This document shows, in pieces, positions 21,231 through 30,366 of a stretch of 64,000 nucleotides of DNA. The notes under the pieces were generated by a model that was not told the DNA's origin, made no database searches, and saw only the letters and a program-made list of their open reading frames with translations. Position 1 is the stretch's first letter. The number at the start of each line of letters is the position of its first letter. The translations under genes and the position numbers were made by a program. Source of the DNA: Anaerolineales bacterium (GTDB taxonomy: Bacteria; Chloroflexota; Anaerolineae; Anaerolineales; RBG-16-64-43); NCBI GenBank assembly GCA_049511715.1, contig JBEKXU010000003.1, positions 36,408 through 100,407 of the forward strand. Direction: 5' to 3'.

Positions 21231-21689
21231 TCACGGGCGCCTCCGAAGGGTCAGGTCGCGGCGGTCCTCCGCTTGGCAGGCAGGACAAAGGCCCGAGAGG
21301 GTCAAGTGGTCGATATCCACCTGGAAATGCTTCTGCTCCTTGATCTGTGCGAACCAGCGCTGGACGGTGCAGTTGTCCAGCGGAAAGACCCGATTGCACC
21401 TTCGGCAAACTAGGTGGTGATGAGCGACTTTGCCCGCAATCTCATAGTAGGCATGACGCTGGATCCGGGTGGCCACCACCAGTCGCAAGTCACACAGGAA
21501 GTCCAAAGTGCGGTAGACCGTGGCGCGATGAATCGAGGGCGCCTTGCGGTGCACCTGTTGAAAAATCTCCTCTGGTGAAATGTGGCCCTTGCGCTTGCGC
21601 ACGGCATCGAGGATGAGTTGCCGCTGGGGAGTGACGCGAAACCCCTGCTGGTGAAAGAGGTCGCGGTAGTCACGGGCCGACGCCTTCAT
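21231..21689 (-). CDS. Fur-family transcriptional regulator
   Basis: GFRVTPQR, ATVYRTL, HHHLVCRRC and CPAC. Confidence 0.9.
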   Translation of the reverse strand: MKASARDYRDLFHQQGFRVTPQRQLILDAVRKRKGHISPEEIFQQVHRKAPSIHRATVYRTLDFLCDLRLVVATRIQRHAYYEIAGKVAHHHLVCRRCNRVFPLDNCTVQRWFAQIKEQKHFQVDIDHLTLSGLCPACQAEDRRDLTLRRRP

Positions 21690-21700
21690 GCATAACCTCG

Positions 21701-21759
21701 TTACTGGGAATTGTCGCAACAACTTGAGGCCATTATAGCGGGGCAAACGAAAAAGGCAA
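21701..21759 (-). promoter_or_regulatory. Promoter of the fur-cbiMQO operon with a possible operator
   Basis: Minus strand TTGCCT-16 nt-TATAAT (21759-21732), followed by the imperfect palindrome TGCGA-CAAT-TCCCA. Confidence 0.5.
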
Positions 21760-21936
21760 GGCTTCGGCTCGGGACCTGCCTGAGCCCTTCGGACGCCCGG
21801 CCCCGCAGGGGCCGGAGGGATGCGCTGGCGCCCCCTTCCAGCCTGGGCCGACTGGATTGTGGGATGGGGCGGACCGCTCTGGCCAGCGCTGCCGGCGGCC
21901 CTCGGAGGGCCAGGCGCCGGGCTTCGGGTGTCGTTG

Positions 21937-23127
21937 CTAGGGCGGAGCCTGCGGATACTTCAGGCCGGTTCCCGTGTTGAACAGGACGACGCGCTCCTGG
22001 CGGGAGATCCACCCGCTTCGCAGGAGATTGCGAAGGGCAGCCACGGTAGCTCCTCCCTCCGGGCAGGCGAAGATGCCCTCCCGGTAAGCCAGGTCTCGCT
22101 GGCCGATGAGAATCTCCTGGTCGCTGACCGCAGTGGCCGTGCCCTGGGAGTCTCTCAGCGCGCGCAGAACCAGAAAGTCGCCCAGGGTAGAAGGAACCCG
22201 CAGTCCGGCCGCGAGGGTGCGGGCGTTCTCCCACGGGTGGGCATACTCCTCGTTCTGCTCAAAGGCGCGGACAAGGGGGGCACATCCCGCGGCTTGGACC
22301 ACCACCATTCTTGGCCCGGCGCCCCGCACCCATCCCAGCTGCCTGAGCTCCTGGAAGGATTTCCAAATGCCGATCAGGCCCGTCCCTCCCCCCGTCGGAT
22401 AAAGAATCACATCCGGCAATTCCCAACGGAGCTGTTCAGCGACCTCAAACCCCAGGGTCTTCTTTCCTTCGATCCGGTATGGCTCCCGTAGCGTCGAGAG
22501 CAGGAACCAGCCAAAGCGCCTGGATTCCTCCAGGGCTTTCTGGCCGCATTCGGTGATCAGGCCGTCTATCAGATGGACATCGGCGCCGTAGGCTCGGCAC
22601 TCCCAGAGAAACGGCTCGGGGACGTCGGCCGGCATGAAGACGTGGGCGCCGATTCCGGCCCGGGCGGCATAGGCCGCTGCCGCGGATCCGGCATTCCCGG
22701 CGGAGGGGAGAGCCACTTCCTTCACGCCAAGCTCGCGGCCACGAGACACCGCCACGCAAATCCCGCGCGCCTTGAACGACCCGGTGGGGTTGAGGCTTTC
22801 ATCCTTGATGAACAAGGATGCCATCCCCAGGTCGCTTGCCAGCCGGTTCGCCCGGATGAGGGGGGTGAATCCCTCCCCCAGGGACACGACCCGGCTTGGA
22901 TCGCGCACTGGAAGGAGTTCGTGATAGCGCCACAGGGTGGCCTCCCGCCCGGCTAGGTCTTCCCGCCGAAGGTGGCGATGCAGCTCTTGCAGATCGTAGC
23001 GAGCGAGAAGCGGGCGTGAACAGCTGACGCAGACGGACTGCAGCTGGTCTGCGGGATGGATCCGGCCGCAGTGGGAGCATTCCAAGTGCGAGACCCCGTT
23101 TACGTGGATCTGGCTGGGTCGGGACAC
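21937..23127 (-). CDS. thrC: Threonine synthase (PLP, fold type II) with N-terminal CxxC..CxxC
   Basis: LGEGFTPL, NPTGSFKARG, SAGNAG, EGKKT, PTGGGTG and NTGTGLKY. Confidence 0.85.
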   Translation of the reverse strand: MSRPSQIHVNGVSHLECSHCGRIHPADQLQSVCVSCSRPLLARYDLQELHRHLRREDLAGREATLWRYHELLPVRDPSRVVSLGEGFTPLIRANRLASDLGMASLFIKDESLNPTGSFKARGICVAVSRGRELGVKEVALPSAGNAGSAAAAYAARAGIGAHVFMPADVPEPFLWECRAYGADVHLIDGLITECGQKALEESRRFGWFLLSTLREPYRIEGKKTLGFEVAEQLRWELPDVILYPTGGGTGLIGIWKSFQELRQLGWVRGAGPRMVVVQAAGCAPLVRAFEQNEEYAHPWENARTLAAGLRVPSTLGDFLVLRALRDSQGTATAVSDQEILIGQRDLAYREGIFACPEGGATVAALRNLLRSGWISRQERVVLFNTGTGLKYPQAPP

Positions 23128-23175
23128 CGCAGCGGCGGACCTCTCCTTCCGGAATGATTCGCGATGAGAAGAGCG

Positions 23176-23652
23176 CTACGCTTTGGCCGCCAGGCTGGCG
23201 ATGGCGAGTTCGACGCTTTTCTCCGGGGAGACACCGATTTGAGCGTCCACCACTCGGCCGGCCTCATCCAGGATGAAATGGCTGCGGATGATGCCCCAGG
23301 ACTTCTGACCAGCAAGGGTCTTCTCACCCCAGACCCCGTACCTCTCGGCGACCTTGTGGTCGGGATCCGAGAGCAGCAGAAAAGGAAGATCATAGTCCTG
23401 GCGGAACTTGGTGTGCGATGAACCGCTATCCGGACTAATGCCGATCACCACGGCGTTGTGTCCCTGGAGCTCGGAGTAGGCGTCCCGAAACCCGCACGCT
23501 TGCTTGGTGCAGCCGGGGGTGTTGTCCTTGGGGTAGAAGTAGAGAACGACCCGCTTTCCCAAGAACTCCGAAAGTTTGACCACGCCTCCCTGGTCGCTGG
23601 CGAGGGCAAAGTCGGGCGCTGGTTGACCGATGACGACAGAACTTTGGCTCAT
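23176..23652 (-). CDS. bcp: Thioredoxin-dependent peroxiredoxin Bcp
   Basis: YFYPKDNTPGCTKQACGFRD. Confidence 0.93.
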   Translation of the reverse strand: MSQSSVVIGQPAPDFALASDQGGVVKLSEFLGKRVVLYFYPKDNTPGCTKQACGFRDAYSELQGHNAVVIGISPDSGSSHTKFRQDYDLPFLLLSDPDHKVAERYGVWGEKTLAGQKSWGIIRSHFILDEAGRVVDAQIGVSPEKSVELAIASLAAKA

Positions 23653-23745
23653 GGAAGTCTCTCCTGAAATCTTCGGGTCCGCAGAAGCCTCGTGGCCCGC
23701 CAGGACCCAGGCCGCAGCGTTGGTCCAGGCGGTTCCCCAACAGGG

Positions 23746-25242
23746 TCAAGTGGAGGTTGCCCATGCTCGCGCAAACTCCGCCAGGGTGCGGACCCCAAAC
23801 CCTGTGGCTCCTTTGGAGAGGAACCCATTGGGGTTCTCTCGCAAAGCCACGCCGGCGATGTCCAGATGGGCCCACGGGTACGAGGTAAACTCGCGCAGGA
23901 ACGCTGCGGAGGTTCCCACGCCTCCCATCCGGCCTCCGCTGTTCTTGATATCCGCAACAGAGCTCTTGATCTTCTCACGATACTCCTCGTACAAGGGAAG
24001 CGGCCACAGCTTCTCGCCAGCCAACTCCCCGGCCGCACGGAGCTTGGCCAGGAGCGGTTCGCTGTTGCTGAAGAGTCCAGCGGCCACATCCTGACCCAGG
24101 GCGGTGACGCAAGCCCCCGTGAGCGTGGCGATGTCCACCACGGCGGCCGGCTTGTAGCGCGAGGCATAGCTTAGGGCATCGGCCAGAATCAAGCGCCCCT
24201 CGGCATCCGTTGAGATCACCTCGATCGTCTTGCCATTAAGCGCCCTAAGCAAATCACTGGGCTTGTAGGAGCTGCCGGAGGGCAAGTTCTCGCAGGCGGG
24301 AGCCAGCCCCACGACATGGAGGGGCAATTCGAGTTGGGCGATGGCCGTCATCGAGGCAATCACCGCGGCAGCACCGGCCATATCGCTCTTCATCTCCTGC
24401 ATGTCCAGACCCGGCTTGAGGCTGATCCCGCCGCTGTCAAATGTAATCCCCTTTCCAACAAATACGAGAGGTTCCCCTGCTCCCGGGTGATGTTCCAGAA
24501 TCGCCATGGTGGGAGGCTCGTTGCTGCCGCGAGTCACCCCTAGGAGCGCACCCATGCCTTCCGTTTCCATCTCTTTTCGGCCGAGGACATGGGCCTGCAA
24601 CCCGAACTGCTCCGCGAGTCGAAGAGCCGTGTTGGCGAGGATTTGCGGAGTCATCTGGTTAGCGGGTTCATTGACCCAATCGCGGGCGAGGTTCGTCGCG
24701 CGAGCCAGGATTTCGCCTGTGCGAGCAGCCCGCGAATGGGACGGGGCCTTCGCGTCATCAGAGAGAAGAAGCTCAATCAGCCGCACCTGCGGGTGCTCTG
24801 AGGCCGTGGTCCGATGCTGATTGAATTCGTAGAGGCCGAGGATCGCCCCTTCCACCGTTGCCTGGACATAGCCCTCCGCCAGGTTCTTTCCTTGCAAGGG
24901 CAGGAAGGGGGGCAGAGCGATCGAGGTCGCCCCCAGGTCGCGGGCCCGCTGGCAGGCTGTTCCCGCTGCTTCTCGGCACCGACCCGGATGGCAGTCGCTC
25001 TCTCGGCCCAGCCCGATAAGGATGAGGCGGGGGATCCCCACAGTGTCCGGTGGGAAGATGGGGGTGACTTCATTAGTCACGCCGCGCACAAGGCCCTTGT
25101 TGATGAGCCTCTGTATTTCTCCCGCAAGGAGGCGGTCCGCCTCCAGGCTCAGACCGGCCAACGCCGAGCCCTCGAACACCGGAACGATCAGCGCTTCGGG
25201 CTTCAGCAACGCCAGCGGTTGCATGCTTATCTTGACGTCCAT
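23746..25242 (-). CDS. pepA: Leucyl aminopeptidase (M17)
   Basis: VGKGITFDSGG, MKSDMAG, STDAEGRL.LADAL, ATLTGA and WAHLDIAG. Start trimmed to ATG 25242. Confidence 0.93.
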   Translation of the reverse strand: MDVKISMQPLALLKPEALIVPVFEGSALAGLSLEADRLLAGEIQRLINKGLVRGVTNEVTPIFPPDTVGIPRLILIGLGRESDCHPGRCREAAGTACQRARDLGATSIALPPFLPLQGKNLAEGYVQATVEGAILGLYEFNQHRTTASEHPQVRLIELLLSDDAKAPSHSRAARTGEILARATNLARDWVNEPANQMTPQILANTALRLAEQFGLQAHVLGRKEMETEGMGALLGVTRGSNEPPTMAILEHHPGAGEPLVFVGKGITFDSGGISLKPGLDMQEMKSDMAGAAAVIASMTAIAQLELPLHVVGLAPACENLPSGSSYKPSDLLRALNGKTIEVISTDAEGRLILADALSYASRYKPAAVVDIATLTGACVTALGQDVAAGLFSNSEPLLAKLRAAGELAGEKLWPLPLYEEYREKIKSSVADIKNSGGRMGGVGTSAAFLREFTSYPWAHLDIAGVALRENPNGFLSKGATGFGVRTLAEFARAWATST

Positions 25243-25745
25243 CCGTGTCCCCGTTTCCCTTCCTAGAGCAGGGCCTTTTCGCATTTGCGCCAGAAGGAGA
25301 ATAGCCTTGTCGGATGATGAAGACGAGCGGCCTCGAGAACCCGGACGACTTGTGAAAGGAAGCGATTTTTCCTCTGTCGTCTCCCGATTCGCAGGGTCTG
25401 CTCCGGCGCAGTCGTCTCGACGGTCGGGCCGCCATCGTGAAAGGCCGCTCCGACTATCAGGCAGGGCCGCCTGGTCTCGCTCCAGGCGCCCATGCTCCGG
25501 GCTTCGCGAATAGCCGCCGAAAGCGTATTTTCTGGCATCATAACATGGGAGCCCGCCGTTTCGAGAGAGCGGACTCAACCGAACGACCGGAACGGGTCTT
25601 CCAGCCCCCTGGGCATGGCCTTCTTCCACAGGACGCCTCGCCTCGCTTGCCACGGAACAAAAAAAGGCGAGCCCGGAACCCAGGATGCCCGCCCAATATC
25701 AGGCCATTGCGCTCAGTTGTTTCGCTGCCGACCCTAAGGGTGAGG

Positions 25746-25779
25746 CAAAGTCGAGAGGTGCCATTGCCTCTCGACTTTG
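25746..25779 (-). terminator. Stem-loop just downstream of the small ORF
   Basis: CAAAGTCGAGAGG-8 nt-CCTCTCGACTTTG, perfect 13-bp stem. Confidence 0.6.
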
Positions 25780-25788
25780 GAGCTCTGC

Positions 25789-25920
25789 TTAGTCTTCCTC
25801 CTGAGGCTCGTCTTCCACGGGTATCTTTGCCAACTCTCGGCCGCCCCGTTGCACCAGACTCCCTGCGGCCACAACCACGAGGGCCCCAAGCAGCGCAATC
25901 ACCGGCACCGTTAATCCCAT
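25789..25920 (-). CDS. Small single-TM protein (43 aa), not in the ORF track
   Basis: MGLTVPVIALLGALVVVAAGSLVQRGGRELAKIPVEDEPQEED. AGGAGG RBS just upstream of the ATG and a hairpin 9 nt after the stop. Confidence 0.65.
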   Translation of the reverse strand: MGLTVPVIALLGALVVVAAGSLVQRGGRELAKIPVEDEPQEED

Positions 25921-26297
25921 GTTTCCTCCTCATCCTGAGAGGTCTATCGGCCCTCAGAGACACCATTGAATACGAGATGATGGGCATTCTACGACGGGTC
26001 CTGGGCCATCGCCATTAGAAGGGTGTGAGTTGCAAGTTCCACGGAGAACAAAGGGCGGAGAATGAAATGATCTCCTCGAGTAGGTTCCATGGAATCGCCT
26101 TTGGTGGGGCTCCTGCAGAGGCCACTCCCGAGCACGGAGCGGATGGCCCGGGCTCCGCCTTCTCCTCCCAGGACGGGTGACAGGTCAGACCTGATGGCTC
26201 AAGGGCAGCCCTGGTGGCTGAAAATGGTATAGTCGACCCCAAGCTGCCTCGGGCTGTGCTGGCCGAGGGATCAAGAGTGAGTTCACGAGGAAAAACG

Positions 26298-26672
26298 GTG
26301 CCGAGGCACTTCAGCGTCGAGGAGGCAAATCGGACTCTCATCCGGATCCGACCCTGGATCAAGGAGATTCTGGAAATCCGAGACCGGATCGTGGCCCGAC
26401 ATCCAGAGGTGTGGCCTGCCATCGAACATTCCACCGGCAATGGTGGCAACACCGAGGCAAGCCGAATGGAGCCGGAATTCATCCGCTTGGATCATCTCGT
26501 CCATCAGGTTCTAGCCACGGGGGCTTTGATCAAGGACATCAACCAGGGGCTTGTGGATTTTCCGGCCCTGCGCGAAGGTCGTGAAGTGTTTCTGTGCTGG
26601 CGCTTCGGAGAAGATGACGTTAGGTTCTGGCATGGGCGCCAGGATGGCTTTGGGGGTCGGCAGAAGATCTAG
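26298..26672 (+). CDS. DUF2203 family protein
   Basis: FSVEEAN, IKDINQGLVDFPA..GREVFLCWRFGE..FWH..DGFGGRQ. GTG start with GAGG RBS and extended -10 TGgTATAGT at 26225. Confidence 0.85.
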   Translation: MPRHFSVEEANRTLIRIRPWIKEILEIRDRIVARHPEVWPAIEHSTGNGGNTEASRMEPEFIRLDHLVHQVLATGALIKDINQGLVDFPALREGREVFLCWRFGEDDVRFWHGRQDGFGGRQKI

Positions 26673-26827
26673 TCCCGGTTTTGAGCCCCCGCACGAGCAT
26701 CGGGGGGTCCAAGGGTGGCTCCTTCCCGGTCGCCTGCGGATCCATAGCACCCAATGTGGAAGCAGCAGTCCGCGCGAGCCTTGTCGGCAAGAGGCTTTCG
26801 CCTCCCGCTTTCGCCCGTGCTCCTGTC

Positions 26828-26850
26828 GCCGGCCTTTTTGGCCGGTTTTT
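26828..26850 (+). terminator. Possible intrinsic terminator
   Basis: GCCGGCC-TTTTT-GGCCGG followed by TTTTT. Confidence 0.45.
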
Positions 26851-27638
26851 CTCTATTCTGGCCTGTCCATCGGAGAAACTCCTTTTTGGCCGACCTGGGA
26901 GACTGGAGGGTCCCGGCCTGGGTTGGGTTGGCTGAACCGGAGTTGATCGCACGACTGGGAACTTGCGTGAGTTTAGGGGGCGAAACCTTCCTCGATCGAG
27001 GCTCCATCCTCCTAGCTGCCGCAAAGGAGCAGGACTCTCCCAGCTAGTCTTCCCTTCCACAATCCGTGCAAGCCGCAGGGAGTCGGGCAACACCCCCGCC
27101 CTTGGCCACTCCCATCGGCGTGGAGCCCCGTCAGGATCCTCCAAGGGGGTCGGGCCCCCATTTCAAGGGCCTCTGCAGAGAGAGCTTCCGCGTCCGTTCG
27201 GCGTCCAGGCGAGCGGGTCGCCGGGAAGGATATGACGTGCCTGCTCAGAGGGCCTGGCCCAATCGTCCAGATGATTCCGAAACCCTCGAGATCACCCAGG
27301 GAAATGAAATCGCGTGCGCTCCACAAGACCCTGCACAAGAGGCCGAATCCACGATCTTGAGAGGGGGAGCATCCGGGGAGAGTTGGGACCTCCCCGAGTT
27401 CCTGATCTCGGACTCTCCAGGGAAAGTCGAGGACTTTGCGCGAGGACGCATCCATCGTGGTGGGGTTGCCCGGGCGGAGACGCGCCCTCCTAACGATCCC
27501 GACCTTGCGTGATAAGTGAAGGCGCAGCCGATTATTAGATTGTCTTAAGGAGCGTGACATCGTTGGATAAGGACATTTGCGCTTGGTCGTCCTATGCTGA
27601 AAACGCTGGCAAAGCTCGCCGGGGAAGGGACGATCCTA

Positions 27639-28073
27639 ATGGAGGTATCAACGAGGAGGGTGCCCGTCTCGGGCGTGCTTGTTGCCTTGGTGGCCTTGAT
27701 CCTGGCTGGGTGCGGAGGAGCCCCACCGAGGCCCCAGGCAACCGAAGTCGATGTCACCCTTCAGGATTACTCGATCATTTCTTCAGTAACCACCTTCCAG
27801 GTGGGAGTCCCTTACGTCTTCGTGGCGAGCAACGAGGGGGGACTGGCCCATCAACTGGACATCATGCCCCCGACCGCAGCAGGGCCGGTCGCGGCGCAGG
27901 AAGTGCAAAAGGAGCTGGTGGCCGGAATTGGCGGATCGGGAATCGACCCGGGCAAGACCGTTCGGTTCCAATACACTTTTGCCAAAGCCTATCCTCCGGC
28001 ACAGCTGGAAATGGCCAGCCATCTGAAGGGGGATTACGAGGCGGGCATGTTCTTGAGCATCACTGTGCAGTAG
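27639..28073 (+). CDS. Cupredoxin-fold lipoprotein with degenerate copper site
   Basis: Lipobox LAGC, N.G..AH, PGKT and C-terminal ASHLKGDYEAGM (compare C..PGH...GM). Confidence 0.7.
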   Translation: MEVSTRRVPVSGVLVALVALILAGCGGAPPRPQATEVDVTLQDYSIISSVTTFQVGVPYVFVASNEGGLAHQLDIMPPTAAGPVAAQEVQKELVAGIGGSGIDPGKTVRFQYTFAKAYPPAQLEMASHLKGDYEAGMFLSITVQ

Positions 28074-28183
28074 CCAGCGGGGGGTGCTTAATCCGGCCCT
28101 ACAGGGGCGGGCGGTTGCCTTGAGGATCGGCAAACCGCGGATCGCTGGGCAAGCGAGGCCGGCGGCGACACGGAGGAGAAAGA

Positions 28184-28714
28184 ATGTCTGACTTGGTTCT
28201 CATAGGGGCGTACAGATCGATCGCATCCGCCGAGCAAGCAATCAGCTCATTGCAGCGCGCCAGGTTCCCGGAACGGCAAGTTTCTGTCATTGTCCAGGAA
28301 GCTCGGGCCAGCCATGTCGATGGATCCACCAGGGTCGGGATTCATCCGGGGAGCGGGATAGACGCGGCCATCGGCGGCGCTCTGGGCTATCTCTACGGCG
28401 GAGTTATCTTGCGGCCCAAGGGGTTGGGTCCCGTTCTGGTCGTCGGGCCGATGGCCGAGACACTGAGCATCACAATGGGGGGACGGGCAGCGGAGCCCGG
28501 CAGCGGCCAATGGCTTGTGCCCTGGGCCTCCCTGGGTTTGACGCCGAACGAAATTCGGTCCTATGAATACGCGCTGCGGGACCACCTGAGCCTCGTCGTC
28601 GCCCAGGGCAGCAGGGATGAAATCGAAAGGGCGCGTCGTGCGTTGGCGACCGTGAAACCGGAGCGTCTTGCCCGGTCCCTGGCCCTTCCGACTCCTGGGG
28701 CTTATGCCGACTGA
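28184..28714 (+). CDS. General-stress-protein-like membrane protein
   Basis: AEQAI..L...F...VSVI, Gly-rich GAAIGGALG..GLGPVLVVGP, LGL..EI..YE..L. GGAGG RBS. Confidence 0.65.
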   Translation: MSDLVLIGAYRSIASAEQAISSLQRARFPERQVSVIVQEARASHVDGSTRVGIHPGSGIDAAIGGALGYLYGGVILRPKGLGPVLVVGPMAETLSITMGGRAAEPGSGQWLVPWASLGLTPNEIRSYEYALRDHLSLVVAQGSRDEIERARRALATVKPERLARSLALPTPGAYAD

Positions 28715-30366
28715 CATCCAAGTTGCCGCTCGCTAGGCTATTGCGTCAGGAGCGACGGGAAGGCATTGGCGATCGCGGCACGCGGCAAGAAAGATGGCCA
28801 CCCGCGGTTTCGCGCAAGTGGCTGGCAGGACCCAGCGTTCCGGTGCGGGCTTGGTCTTCATCTTGACAGCGCGATGCGTTGTCTGACCTGTCGGGGGGAA
28901 TTTCGCCGGCGTCGACTCCAGCGGCAAACTGACCAGGACAGTCCCTCGAGCGTTCCGTCCAACCAGTTCTTTTTGAGGGCGTCGATAGTTCTTCAGGAGG
29001 CTTGGGAGTTCCAACCCGGGTTGGGAGCGGGGTGTGCCCAGGGACCGCCCAACGCGGTATCCCTATGTCTCAAGCCTGCCCCTTTTTGCGTGCGGTTGCG
29101 AAATCCCATCTACCTTCCAAGCGATTCGACCATCGTCCGCTTGCCCGCTTCCTGCCACGGATCGAACCGCCCCGGCTGGACCTCACGCCTGACGCACAGT
29201 GGTCGGATGCGCATGCCACCCGGCCGACCGGCTTCGCGGATCACTTGCGCCTTTAGGTCGCGCGCAGACTATTTGGCCGGGGGCGCCATGGGTGCCGTTC
29301 CTCCGGTGACTCCTTGCCGCTCTCTTTGGCCTCAATCCGTTTGAGTTCGGAAAGGGCTTTCAAATCCTGGACGGAGGCCCATCCTTTCCCTTTGGGCAAA
29401 GCGGATGGGAATATCGCTTCCAGAGGATGCCAAGTCCAAGCCGGACGGATTTCTCGCTTTTGGTTGCCTGATGGGTTTTGGGATTGGCCTCGTCATGGGC
29501 TCGGGCGGACCTCTCCCAGCCTGCCGGTCGACCGCCTCCGCCCTCGTCGCTGGACTGTTGCATCCCCGTTTGCTTACAACGTCGTGTTCTCGCACTCGGC
29601 CCATGCCCTGTGGATCGGGTCGGGGCAGGGGACCCGCCGCGCGCAACCGAGCCGTGGCGGGCCAATATCCTGTGGAAGCGGGAACAGGGGCCTGCAACAG
29701 GATGATCCAGCAGAGGTTGCCTCCAAGATTCGGGGTCGATCTTTGGAAGGGGCAGTGACCTATCGGGGCGGAGCCTCAAGGGAACGTGAAATGTAGCTGT
29801 CACGCCAAGACTCAAATCGCTTAACTGCAGGCAGAGGAGATCTGCTTCCTGCCAGGCCCAGGCAAGGCATGAAGTCATGCCAATTGAGATTGGGGGCATT
29901 CGCGCAACCCGCTTTGCCGGTTTGGTCATGGGCAATGGTGTGACTCTGATGGCCTCTTGCCGTGCGGACTTTCTGCTCACGCCTGTTGGCGCCAGGCTTC
30001 GTGGCGAAGGGCTCGCGGTTTGCTCTCGTTAGCACTTTCCACGAGCGGGCTTGGCATGAGGGGAGTGGAGGGACGGTCCGTATGGCGCGTCTCCTGCAAC
30101 CCCTGCTTTGTACCAGATTCGGTGACCCGAGCAGAGATCTCATGGAATGGGGAAGGGGGGCGCGCCGTCTCCAGGAATGGGCGGCACGAGCAAGCAGTCT
30201 TCCTTCTGTAGCTCCAGAAGGCGTCGGGGGGCGCGGGCCACTGCACCAGGAGAGGCGCTTCTGGGGTGTGAGGTGTCTTCGACACGGGAAAGAATGGCCC
30301 AGGGTGCGCATCATTCGAATCTCCTCAATTGCCCTGGCTATCCCCTCGCCTCTTGGCTGACTCGTC

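Noticed and set aside
26673..27638. ORFs 27012-27560, 27066-27512 and 26754-27047
   Set aside because: No RBS or recognisable motifs and an Arg/Pro/Gly-rich non-coding composition.
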